Source of the DNA: Owenia fusiformis
Lineage: Eukaryota
Direction of reading: 5' to 3'
Length of the DNA: 64,000 nt
NCBI GenBank assembly: GCA_903813345.2
Contig: CAIIXF020000001.1
Coordinates: 44,454,001 to 44,518,000 of the forward strand
The notes beneath the pieces are model-generated. The model saw only the letters and a program-made list of their open reading frames with translations, was not told the origin of the DNA and ran no database searches. Positions 24,276 to 38,000 of the stretch are shown here, piece by piece; positions within the stretch are counted from its first letter, which is position 1; each line of letters begins with the position of its first letter. Made by a program: the position numbers and the translations under genes.

Positions 24276-26020
24276 ATTTTGAGTCTTTTTCACGGTTTTC
24301 TAGTTGTATAGTCCAATTTATATACATATTTCGTTCCCCTGGTATTAATGATTTAATATCCTCTGATACTTACCTTTATATGAGATGCGATCTGGCCATT
24401 TAGATGGTATAACTCGTCGAACGATCGATTTTTTACTTTTTTTCAATTTTTTTCTTACACTTTCGTCGTTTCGATCCGGAGTTCATTCTCTCATTGTCAA
24501 AAACAAATTAAGACATAAGTATTAATTATATTAATTGTATAACATGTCTGAACAATAGGGAATACATCTATTCTATAGGAGCTAATTTTTACAACGTTTT
24601 GACCATTTTATACATTGGGAGACATTATAAATCGCCATGTTTGTGATCCAAGGAGGATTGACTCCCAGAAATGCAACATCAGTTAACCTTATTTACGAGT
24701 GACAAAATGCCGTTCTGCCATTTTGAAAGCTGGCACGTGTCATGTTGCATTCTGGGAGCCAATCCTCTTTTCGGCGTAATCAGGCTCCAAAATTACCTCA
24801 ACATTTGAAGAGTAGGCATTAACATGTGAATATCCACTTCAAATTTTTAAGTTTCTATTTGTCAATATGGACACAAATTCCACAATATTTGGACTTACTA
24901 GGACGGAGAAAATAGAGCACTGAATACACTGAGGTAAGAATTTATTACATGTGCGACAGCATGTAATTTTCATAGCTTTTGTAATTCTTTATGTTCCCCA
25001 CTGTAGTTGGAATCGAAGAGCCTCTTGAACAGCAATGAACCTTTTACCTGATGATACACAGCTTTGAAGTCAATTATATTCCCATGCTATAAAGTCAACA
25101 ACCCTTGCTGAAATCCTCATTTTCCCAGAAGAACTCGAGTTTATTGAGTCTAAGCAAGTAGATTCATGTGGGACAGTATTGCTAGAATCTATTTCAATAG
25201 AAAGAATAGGGGTTGCATAAACAGTACATGGGACTTGCCCTATTAGAACTTTTTGTTGGTTCTTTCTGCTCAGGTGTCAGTTGAACCATTTTGCAGGCCT
25301 ATTTTAGAATAAGTTCAGCGTTTTGCCAAACCTTTTTTCGAGAGTTACTCAGTTCCAAGTCCAGTTCAATATGGAAAGCCTGTCATCTAACTTAATGTAA
25401 CAGAAAAAAGAATACTTAAGCCAATTACACATCAATTGCCACACAGGAAGGTAACTTGGCATAGTGCTAATTTTACCACCTCTCATTGTGATCAAGATTG
25501 CTCAGTCATACATGACAGTTACAAAATGATATTGGTACCATTTGATGGAGAATAAATCAGGCTTTTTACTACTACTTTTATATTTAAAAAAAACTGCTTA
25601 GGATTCTAGTAGTTTGGATTGGAAGTTGGTTATACTTTTTTGTGGACACCCTGTAGATTAGTCAACGCCAGGCAACGAAGTATCGAGTTTGAATAACAGC
25701 TTCCAATTCTCTTTGGTACTTTTCAAGCAGTTCATTAGCTAGACTTCATGTCAGTTAGATCTCTGATTGAACTGGAATCTGTTTTAGAATGGTGGAGCAA
25801 TATTTTCAGAATGACCTGACATGTCTGCGAACGTCAATGTCAAATCCTTCCCTTCAGCATTGCCAGTATCTGCCTGCGTATTGTGCCATACATGTATAGA
25901 TGCGGTATATTTTAAGAGGAATCACTTCTTCCTCTTGTAGTGGCTGCTCTAGTTGCAATCACAGGTTTTGTACTGTCACATATTTCCTGTATTTTCCAGA
26001 GGCCTTCCATATGCCATAAG

Positions 26021-29000
26021 ATGGCAGCCAAGAGATCTGTTGACATTGATCCTGACTACCAGGACCCATGTGATGTCACTGTCAGGGAGAACAAGCGGCA
26101 AAGAATCATAGAAACAGATGGTATTTATACTTATTTAATATTAGTAGTATTACACTTAAACTTGCATACATGCTTTAACACATATTCATAACAGCAATTG
26201 ACTGGACATTCTATATGTCCTGGATTATACTGAAAAGTATTATAAAATTAAAATGCAATCATACTTATTTCTTCAGGCCGTTCTGTAACAGAGAGTCGCA
26301 TACGGAGGATAATTGATGAACAATTTAATCAAGAGACTCTCAATAAAGAGACTGAAATAAACAACATGGATAAGGTATGGAACATAAAAATCATATTTTT
26401 GATTCAATGTTCATCAGTAATGTTAATGTGTATTACTAATGTCAACAATCAATATGGTTAAGTTAATGCACCCTTGCTGAAATCCTCATTTTCTCAGAAG
26501 AACTCAAGTTGATCGAGTCTCAACAAGTACATTCATGTGGGATCGTATTGCTAGAATCCATTTTCAATAGTAAGAATATGGGTTCTTAAACAGGACATTG
26601 CTCCTGTAAGTTACGAGAGTTATGATATAAATAATGAATTTCTCAAGATATTCTCCGACAAACTATCGCAGAAATTCAACTTTAAACTGGCAGACATCAT
26701 GGTATCGAGCCCATGGCAATTTCCCCCAAACTTGTAGACATTACCAGTTGTTCATATAAAATGCAAACAATTTTCACCCAATGTGTTCAAGGGAACTGTA
26801 TTGTGAATATAAGGATATTGGTGTATGTGTGTGCAATAAAAAAATGAAACTATGTTGTTAACAGTACCATATTTTGTTTTAGAGATTACACCAAGCCAGA
26901 CAGATGTTGGACAGGCTAAGAGGGTGTATAGTCGCAAATTATTATAGTGGGGCAGGTCTACAACCTAACCAGGTACAATATGTCTCTCCATTTGCATATT
27001 GTAATTCATGTCTAGACTTCTCTATACATTATGGCTTATTCATTATGGCACAAATCTCCTTGTATCTGTCCTGAGTCACTATTGCATTGTGGTATATCCC
27101 ATAGTAACTGTTGCCTTTTGGTATATACATGTATCTTATGTTTATAGGGTAAAACAGCCAGCCAACAAGTGCCTTCTATTCATCCAACAGTGAAGAAACA
27201 TCTTGGTAAAACGACCAAAAACTACTCAGGGAACACACTGAACAATTCAACAACTCCAATCATTAAGACAGAAAATGGAACAGGCTCAAAACCTATTGAT
27301 AGCATTGATAGCAAAGATAATGCCATTGATGAGAAAGCAAATGAACTTTTGGTAATTATAAAGATCATGTAATGTTTATACATATACTCTGTTATATGAA
27401 TTATGACATACACTCCCCTCCATAAGTTTGGCAACCTTTTTCCCCCATTGAACTACGTGTAAAAGCCTCTTTACCTTGGAATTTTTATTTACTTAACCTG
27501 CGATAGAAATACTTATACTATTGATGGAAACGTAATTTGACTTCATTTCCAATACCTCCAAATTTTCTCAATTTTTTCCTCAATTACAATAGGTCGAAAA
27601 TTGATGATAAATTTGATGAATTTTTGAAAATCGACATTCCCATGTTAACCAATGGGAAATGGTAGGTTTGCCGCAAGTCATATGACAGAATATCCATCCA
27701 TCCGAGTCCTTGCAAAAAATATGAGTAAGGCAGGCAATTGAATTTGCTAACTTTATTTAACCAAAAATTGATATGTTTCTTCAGGTTCAACAAAGTTATA
27801 GGGCTTTAAAGTCAAAATTTGTTTTTCAAAAAAACTCTCCCATTGAAATAACACAGGAGGCGAAAAATTATTTTCAAAAATGACTTTAAAGCGTGGTAAC
27901 TTTAATATTCATCAAATAAACTAAACACTTAGTGTTCAAAAAAGCTAGACAATTCAATTTTCTATATAAAAATATTTTTTGCTGAATCTTTTACTGAAAA
28001 GATATCCTGATTTCTGATTTGCCCCGAACCCTCCATTTCCCATTGGATTACATGGGAATGACGATTTTCAAAAATTCATCAAATTTATCATCAATTTTCG
28101 TCCTATTGTAATTGAGGAAAAAATTGAGAAAATTTGGAGGTATTGGACATAAAGTCAAAGTACATGTCCATCAATATTATAAGTTATTTTATCTCCAGTT
28201 AAGTAAATAAAAATTCAAACGTAAAGAGGCTTTAACACGTAGTTCAATTGGGGAAAAAGGTTGCCAAACTTATGGAGGGGAGTGTACCATATTCTTTCTA
28301 ATGAGCCCAAAGTTCCAATGAGCACTCATGGGACTTTTACGTTGAATATGGCCTCGAGAAAACATGACATTTGATGCATTGGTTTTGATTATTTACACAG
28401 CAAGATATCAATTGCTGATTCTAGCTTTAAAGAATGTGAACCTTGTGATAACAACTAAAAAGATTATTGGCAATATTTGTTTTCTAATTTTTTTTGTATG
28501 TGTGCTTATCGGAATCTGTCAATATCTTACCCTTTTAAATTTCGATTTGGAAACCACACTGCACTCATTACATATCATTTCACCACTTTTCATATAAAGG
28601 GATGTTGTCCTCATGTCAACTGTTGTAGACAAACAACAAAGTAATTCATTAGAGTTGAGTAGGTTATTTATGATTTATTATTGAAAAATATTGGTTTTCA
28701 ATTCTAATTCATGTGAGCATTTTAAATTATGACAAAATTAATTTTGATTCTTATCTTTACTTTCTTGAGTCCATTCTTATATCAGTCAGACACATAAATT
28801 AATATTAAACAAATACTGGATGATCAGGAGCTGGATATGGCAGAATACCTATTCGAGAAAAAATATTGGGCGAGGCGGCAGCCGAGCCCAATATTTTTTC
28901 GAGGATAGGTATTCTGGCCATATCCAGCTCCTGATCATCCAGTATTTGTTTTATTATGCACCTCCCAATCAAAGTTAAGTGGAGTACTTACTTACTCACC

Positions 29001-32000
29001 TCATTTACAGGCTTAAACTGTTGTTTAGTTGACATTATTTTGACATTTATTTATTTTTTCTTTCAAACTCAGACGACTTCCGGCCAGTTTATTCGCTACA
29101 CTGGACGAAAATATTTGCCCCGGGAATTTAATTTTTATTTATTCGAGACGTTCTTGCAGAATTATATGTAACTTTTGAATGATAAGGGTAATTATCCCAA
29201 CGAACGAAGTTCAGTAGGGATATAGTGAAGCCCTCTGTCCGTCCGTCTGTCCGTCCGTCAGTCCGTCAGTCAGTCCGTCCGTCTGTCCGGAAGATAACTC
29301 AAATATGAGTCAACGGATTTTCTTCATATTTGGTGGAAAGATGTATATCGATGAACAGTTTTACGCAAAAAAAAATTTTTCAAGATGGCCGCCGCTTTTA
29401 AAAATGACGGGACCTTTTCGCAAAAATCATAAATTTTTCATTCTAAACCAAAGTAATTAATATTATTGTTTGAAATTTCGGTAGTATATTCGCAACATCT
29501 ATCTATTTCACATATATTCCGTGTTTTTCATCCTGACCCCCAGGGGCCGTGTATGGGGGGTCAGGAAAACATAAATTATCGCTAATTTTTAGATCTTTCT
29601 GAAGTATAGCTTTATTATACTCAAATGAAAGGCAATTAAGAGTAGATTGCAAATATTGTATCTTTTTTCTAATTCGAGCGTCGTAAAATTCAAAATGGCC
29701 GTCTAATGTACGATTTCGCAATAATTTTTCGATCCCTTCAAAGTATGGCTATATTATACTCAAATTGAAGGAATTTTGGAGTAGATCACAATTATGGTAT
29801 TATTTTTCAGATTTGTACCTTAGAAAATTCAAAATGGCTGCTTTGCAGGAATTTGCAATTCTAAAATCTAAATATTTCAATTTTAACCATAGTTATGCGT
29901 ATAATTGATTGGAATTCGGTAATTGATATTTTGTTCGTTGGGATTTGCTACTCCGCGGAGTTGCCGTTATCTAGTTGTGATTGATTAAGTACATTTTTTT
30001 CTTCTATTTTCCGTCAGTTTCAGATGTAAGCTTTAAGTAGTACTCCAGTTATTAAGAAATAAAACTCTGAAGTGGGAATGTTGCAAAAACATTGAAAAAA
30101 ATATCCGACCCTTTTCTCGAAAGGGTCGGATATTGAAAAAATATCCGGCAGTTTTCAGAAAAGAGCAGAGTATTGCCAAATTACAAGCAACTAAGAACCA
30201 ATCAGATTTGGGTATTTTAATGAGGTGCATAATAATTATATATCTGTGATACACATACTCATTGTTGCAGTCCACGCCTGTTAAACAGAAAAACAAGACT
30301 CTTAACCCTAGCAGCACAAGTCCTGGGTATAGAGGGTCACGCTTCAAAATGAAGAAAAGAATCATTGTGGGGAATGTATCAAAGTAAGTACTAAGTAGGT
30401 TCATATATGTAAGGCAGCATGTATGTTCCTTTTTTCTGTTACCATGAATTCTCATCTGCTAGCCACTGTACCCTTTTACAAGTGGTGATGAGATCTTACT
30501 ATTATCAAATGTCACTTTGTTTCGACCTTTTGTGAAATTTGTATGTTAAATGAAATGATAGCAACTACAAGGCAGAAAATTATTGTTGGAGCATAATTCA
30601 AGGTTCACTGATATGGAGATTTATGGTTCATACTTGTAGTCAGAATTAACCTTTTTGTTGAAATAGGTATATACCTGTTGACCGTCGTGAGGAGAAGGAT
30701 CAATCAACTCACAAGTGGATGGTGTATGTACGCGGACCTAAGAATGATCACAACATTCAACCATTTGTCAAGAAAGTCTGGTTCTTTCTTCATCCCAGCT
30801 ACAGACCAAATGACCTCGTAGAAGTCACGTAAGTTGCTCTCATGTTTTCCCGGAAAGGATGCTCAAGTGAACATGTAACCCCTTTGGGCCACCTGTATGA
30901 TTACCACGATATACCACTCATGATTTTTTTGGTGGTGGTGTCATTAAATCAGATTTTTCTCAATAACCTGATTCGAGTTCAACATGAAATATTTAAGCAA
31001 ATTTTGTATTATAGTAACTAAGTAGGAGATGCCAATGATGTGTATATAGTCTGGAATATAGTTCATGATTGTTTACAGCCAATTTGGCGTGTATAGTATT
31101 TAGCACTATATAATTGTTTGTATGTACATTCAGTGAGCCTCCTTTTCACCTTACAAGAAGAGGTTGGGGGGAGTTTCCTATTAGAGTTCAGCTGCATTTC
31201 CAAGATGAGCGCAACAAGAGAGTTGATATAATCCACCAGCTTAAGGTAGGCTAAAACAATGAGTTTACTATGCAATTATTGGTTGAGAGTTCTGTGCAGA
31301 TCTGCCAGTAAACCAATTAAACCAATAGATAGCAACAGTTTTGTACACTGAAGGACAAAACAGATGGTAGGATATCTTTAAAGAAGCATTTAATTTTATT
31401 GCAACGATTTACAATTTAAACTTAATTATCAAGCTTTATGCTTGTATCCTGCAGCACATTAACCTCATAAAAGAGTAGAGTGATGCCAGTCATTTAGAGT
31501 ATCAATTGCATTTCCATTTAAATTAAGAATTTGACATATTTATTTTCAGTTGGACCACACCTACACTGGGATACAGACTTTGGGGAGTGAAACAGTAAAT
31601 ACACTTTTTAAATAGAAATCTTATACATCAAAACTATTAATGTTTAAATACAGCACTGGCCATTTTGATCTAAATAGATAATCGAGGAAAAAACATTGTA
31701 TGGTCGGTAAGTTCTTTTAAGGTGAAACTGGGCTGAGCCAGTGTAGAAACATGGGCTGGTATGGTCCAGGTGAGCCACTTAGCAAGTTCACTCACATGAA
31801 ATCATGGAGTGTTAGCTCTGTTAGACCTAATTTCTTGATATAGTGCAATTCTCAAAAATGCAAATTGGTGCAGGTTCAAAAGTACAAACTGTATTTCCAA
31901 AAAAATGTATAAAAGATACACAATCAGTCATCATTGTTAACCTTTACCATGCTGCCTTATTTCAGCAAATATATCTCACGCAACTGGCTTATTTTTCAAA

Positions 32001-35000
32001 GAGTGCAAAAAATGATATGCCTGGACTAAATAATTAATATCTCAATAACTACTGAATGAATCTGGATAAAATTTCACAAAGGGAAGATACAGTGGCCTGG
32101 CTCATGAAAAAAATGTTCTCATGAATTTTTTCGTACATTAACCACACCATCCCCAGCCCCTTAACATATGTATCACTTAATCCCTATGCAGAAAGAAACA
32201 TGATACTGCCTACTTAATATTTAATTAGCTTGTTGCTGCTAGCAACTGCAGCATCAAAATGGCAGCCTGCTTACTTCCTCTCTGTAGCTAGGAAAGATAT
32301 CTTCACTTTCTACCTCAATTACACATCTTTGCTTTGATCCTTAACTCTTAGTTTGTCAATTTATATACTCTCAATACTCAGGAATTGAACCAGATAAAGT
32401 GTGCAGCCCATCTGTAGACAGGGAATCTTGTTATATAAGTTCAAACTTTGAAGTATCAAATCTATCTCTATCTCTCATTAACTTAATGGCCATTAACATT
32501 ATCCCCTTATAAGTAAATTTCCTGCATGTCAAGCAGTATGCAAATTGTACCAAATATAAGTTAAGACCCTCCCCTGTAGGAATAAACAGGTCTGGGGGTG
32601 CTTGATATGCCAGATTTCTTGAAATCCTGCTTCAAATATGCCTTACTGAAATCAATATTTTGAAGTACACATGCGGTAAAGGATGCATGCAGACACAAAA
32701 TGGATACAAGTGATCATAGCAGTTATCATCAAAAGGCTTTAGAAAAGATATGTAGACTATGTGGAGAAAAGACAACAGTATATAGAAAAAAATACAAGCC
32801 ATTGTCAATTACAAAAGTACAAGAATCAATTCAAAAAGCAATTCCCGGATTGAAATTTGATAATGACAATCCATTGTACCATCCTGCAAACATATGCCAG
32901 AAGTGTTACAATTGTGCTAAACATTATCAGTATAAGGATGTATTTAATTCAAATTTGAAGGACAAAATCACCAACATAAATGAAAAATGGATATATCCCA
33001 AAGAAGCCACAAGAGAAAAGTGTGCAATATGTATAAATTATAGTGACAATAAATGTCTCAAGCCGAACAAAAGAAAATATTCAGAAATTGCATTGGATAC
33101 ATCGGAAATTAGCTTTAATGAAAATGACATTTCTGATCAACACAGAAGCACCCCTAAAAAACAGAAAACACCCAATAAGCCCACTAATAGGAGTATTGAC
33201 CTGGGTATGACACCTGGACGTGGCCGTGATCAAAGTATCAGGGAGTTATTCAAGAAACCTATTAATGAAAGATTATCTGTACTTGAAGAACAGCTATTGA
33301 CATTCCTTGTGAAAAGAAAATTAAAAGCCCATAATGACCCTGAAGAGCTCATTGTAAACAACAAAAGAGGAAAGGTAATTATCTTATTGTGATATTCACT
33401 TAATCCCCATTGAGATAGTACTTGTAATTATCTATGCTTAATTGCCGCATCAACCCCTTACAAGGTATTTTCTTTAGTTGATTGGGAGGGGGGTAAATAA
33501 AGATTGTTTATTTTATTAAGAATACCAAAACAGATATAAGTAAAACTACAATTTCAGTGCCTCAGATTTGTCCTAGTGCCAGAACCAAGGGTAGGCAGTG
33601 ATAAGGCCTCATCACCATTGAAAAGAAAACGAGCCAGAAAACTGCAGAAAATAAGAGAAAAAATAAGTGGCAAGGGCAGTGATTCATCAATCTCTCAGCT
33701 GTCAAAAGAATGGCTTGTTCAACGGAGAAAAAAGAGGGCCAGGGAGCGTTTGGAGTTTTTATGTAAATTAAAACCCTCTGTCATGAATACCCGCAAAATA
33801 ATGGCCATGAAAACAAAAGCTAAAATATCATGGGGACAGTTAAAGGAGATATCAAGGTTTTTACGTTCATTTAATGTAAAAATGGAAAGCCAAAACAAAC
33901 AAAGGGAATATAAAAAGAAATTACTGAGCAAGATAAAGCTAAAAGCCAAACTAAAACTTCTCAGAACTAGAGATCCCAATGCCCCAGATAGTAAGAAAGG
34001 AATGGTTTATAAAAAACTGCCAATGGCCTATATTAGTAATCTGCCAAAGTACCTTGGAGACCACCTCAGCATGATGTCAGAATTCAGAACATTGTGTCTG
34101 GATCATCCAGTTATTCCAAAAAACGAAATATGGGTAAAATTAGGTGCAGACCATGGAGGAAATAGTTTCAAAACGACACTACAAGTGATAAACACTGCAT
34201 CACCCAATAACACAAACAATTGCTTAGTTTTTGCCATGTTTAGAGCAAAGGATACAAGGGATAATTTGGATACAGTTCTTAAGAGATTTAAGCCAGACAT
34301 AGATCAGATTAACAATATGACATGGCGGGGTAAAAAAATCAAGCTGTTCATGTGTGGCGACTATGACTTCTTGACGAAGGCAATGGGCTTATCTGGGCCA
34401 TCTGGTTCCTACTCGTGTCTATATTGTCATATTCGTCATACACAATATAGTATTCCTAGAAAAGAAAGAGAATCACTCGGGATCACAGAGAGATCACAAA
34501 TGACTTTAAAAAGTGATTATGATAAATTTATCGATGAAGCTGAAAGTAATATTTCCAAGGCAAAACACTATATGAATGTAATCAACGAACCTTTATTTGA
34601 CATAGAAATCAGTCGGATTTGCCCTCCATACTTACATATTTTGTTGGGAATTGTTTTAAAGCATCACAATATCCTTCTAAAAGGCTGTAATCAAATTGAC
34701 CGTGCCTTGGGTCGTGCTATTGCCAAGGACAATAGATTGCCAGATAATAAGAGGGATACACCCTTTGGTGAATATGTAGAAAAGTGGGAAAAAATACATT
34801 GTCTCAAAAAAAAACTGAGATGTGAAAATTCCAAAACATTAAAAAATGAAATTAAGGAAAAAATCAAAGAAGAAAAAAGTGAATTGGAACTAAAATCGAC
34901 CAAGGGACCAATTGGAGCCGAAATGGACGTTGTACTCAAAAGACATCATATCAAGCGTGCGGCTTATTTTGGTGGAGCGTTTGAGGGCAACCATGCGAGT

Positions 35001-38000
35001 CGTTATTTAAAAAGAGATGTCATTGAGGATGTGGCCAATGAGGTTGTCAGAAAAACCCATTCACTATCAAGCACCTTAAGTTGTGAAGACAAACTTCTAG
35101 ACAAAGCCCATGTATTAAAAAATAAAGTGATCAAAATCAATGAAGCTTTTGCCATTGTGCATAATTACATTGGACATTGTGAGCGCATCGAAGAAGCCCA
35201 AATTCAATCAATACAGCTGAGTATTGACAATTACCTGGCTATATATAGGAAAGAGTTCCCGGACATAAAAGTTATCCCCAAACAGCATTTGTTAGAGGAC
35301 CATATTGTCCCATGGATAAAAACTTACAAATGTGGCATGGGCCTTGGGGGAGAACAGGGTGTTGAAGCTGTCCATAAAGTCTTCAATCATCTGGATCGTC
35401 GAATGTGTGGAATACGGCATGAGGTAAATAGACTCGCTTCAACTCTCTCAGAACACCTATTGTCCTGCCAGCCTGAGATAACAACCGCTACTCCAATAAT
35501 AAATAAAAGAACACCCCGCTGTGTGAAGAAATTATTAGAATAACTTCTGTTTGGTAAGTCAAAATATGTTTTATATGCTGTATATGTGTTTAATTTGATG
35601 TTTCTTAAACTTAATCTGTAATGTTCTCTCAAATTTTAACATACAATGTTAAAGTCATATGAAGACTGTTTAAAATTCTGTTTTAAGTAATTTTCATCAA
35701 ATTAAACATAGATACAAAAGACTTTCCATCTAATAAAATTGATACTTCATAGCTTGAATTCTGTCAGGTGTATCTAACAAGTGCTTTGTACCCCGAGAAA
35801 TACTAATTTCTGAACCTTTTGTTACCTGGGCTGCTACTTTGTAACTCAATGATAATTACTTGATATAAGAACAAGAGATTAGGAACAACAGTACTTTGCC
35901 ATTATTTAGAAAGATTAATACATTTTGCCCATGCTGCATGCTAAATGAAGTAAATATCATTACATGTGCATGTGGAAAAGTCCATCATTCATGATAAAAT
36001 CAAAGGGTTTATAGCAATACCATACTAATCCCAGACTAACATGTTTAAAATAATAATTCTGGCCTGTTTTAAAACAATTTAGTATAGTTAAAGATGTGCA
36101 CACATTTGACAGTGGAGAAGAGGCTAATTACTTTGATAGTGATAGTAACTGGCCTTAAAATAATCACTGCATAGTATCTTATTACTGACTACTGGCTAGA
36201 CATAGCCTCTCTGCATAGGGATTAATTAAGTCTTGCGCCTGTGAAGAAGACTAATTGCTACTGCAGCACATCTGGTGCTGAAAACATGAACTGCCATTAA
36301 AAGTTCACTTGAAACATGGTGTGTAACACGACTGGGCATAAATATACCATGAATACTCCTCCGGAATCCGCCGCTCCGCCTCTTCGTCTGGTCAGAATCC
36401 AAATCTGAATTTGCAGCGATCGAATGTTCAATTTTTCAATTCAGAAAATATTCTAGTTTCTATTTTCGATAACCGTTATCGGCTTCCAAGAGCCTAAAGA
36501 GCTCGAAATCGTAATCCATTTTCTCCACATTTTCGTTGTGATCGTATTTGTCCACCATTTTGTACGATTCGTTCACTAAAAACGACTAAAACACTGTTTA
36601 AATTGTTGAATTGAGAATTATTTATCGAAATATCGCCATTTCTAGGTCAACAGGAGGTCATGTTAGGCACTGAATAAATCGGGCAATCTAATTGGACAAT
36701 ACGAATGGCGCGAAAAAGTAAAGTTTTTAAAAGTTTGAAATCGGGCGTACGGGTCCGCCGGCAGTTGTGAGAGACATTTTAGTCTCGGCGGACGAGTCCA
36801 CCGGCAGCACGCTAAGGGTTAAGGTACTCCTAGAACCGTACCATCTCTGGATGCTTCCTGTCCGATGCCCCAATCTCTTGAAATCAACAATTTATAAAAT
36901 TATTTTCAATCCACTTGGTGAGTATCCATCATCTATGAGTGAATGCATAAAAATTGAATTTTTTTCTTGTTTTGCAGGTTGTTGATGTTGAGATTGAAAG
37001 AGACACTTATGAAGAAATGCCAACTCCTGTTAGCCCACCACCCACCCCTACCACCACTGACGCTACCAGAGAAACACCTCAATCTAGTGCGAAAAAGAGA
37101 AAACGTAAAACAATAAAATCTGAACCATTATGCAGCAATACTGTGATAGCTCATGATAATGTGAACCAAGACTCAGTTGAAGTTCCTGCCATGTCCCCTA
37201 TGGGCAGTGAACCAGGGTTAGATAATTCTGGAAAACTAGTGAATTTTACCCAAGGGTCGAGTGTGTATACAATATCAGGGGGCAGGTTGTCACATAGGGC
37301 CCATAGCTCTATGAGCATGGACTCTGATTCCATGAGTAGCATTTCCACCAATAGATCTAACACAACCACACCAACTAAGTTAAATGAATCAATAGGACTT
37401 GACGCATCCTTGAGGTCCAACACACCAACTCCAACAAAGCAACTGGATAGAGGAACACCCACTAAGATCATAATAGGTGGTGCTACCATCAAGCAAGAAG
37501 GACAGGATACAGGTTATGAGACTGCAAGTAATGATTCATTTGGATCTGGATCAACTGGGGTCCATATGGGTAGTAGTTCTGGGTACAGCACTGTGAGGAT
37601 AGCAGGGGGCTTGGTCCAGCCTGGAGTCAAGTCTGAGAGTGCTCCCCCTTCCCCCAGTGGGAAACGAACCAATACATCTACACCAACTTTCCTAGGCCCC
37701 AGTCACACAGTCCCACCCTCCCCTGGAAGGCCAACTCCTGGGTTAACAAGCCCCATCAAAACAGAGGTGAAAACTGAAATGGGTGCCCCACAAACTGCAA
37801 CTGGTTTGGCTCCATCTACAGTATATGTTAAAATTATGGATACTCAGGGAAAGACATATCTCATACCACAACATTTGTTACAGACTACTCCAGGTGGACA
37901 ATTGATTTTGCCTGGTCTGAAGACACCTACCCCTGCAGCAGCAACACAGGCTGGGAAGCCAGGGGGGAATATTCTCCAGCAAGCTATGCAAAGTGCTGCC

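Larger units (their letters stand above)
31941..36818. mobile_element. Possible piggyBac-like non-autonomous element hosting the Chapaev insertion
   Basis: Right end GGCAGCACGCTAAGGG|TTAA; left end TTAA|CCTTTACCATGCTGCC matches its reverse complement at 13/16 positions. Confidence 0.45.

Noticed and set aside
25100..26590. ~120-bp repeat at ~25100 and ~26470; short AATAAA-tailed repeat at ~47177 and ~50757
   Set aside because: Short dispersed TE remnants with no further structure I can support.
35544..36323. Possible RAG2-like partner gene in the Chapaev element
   Set aside because: Only ~780 bp remain, with no substantial ORF and no kelch- or PHD-like motif on either strand.
31941..36818. 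TTAA/piggyBac-like ends as the true boundaries of the RAG1-like transposase element
   Set aside because: The inner CAC..GTG ends with a perfect TAAC TSD and a shared 16-mer fit the transposase type better; the outer match is imperfect.
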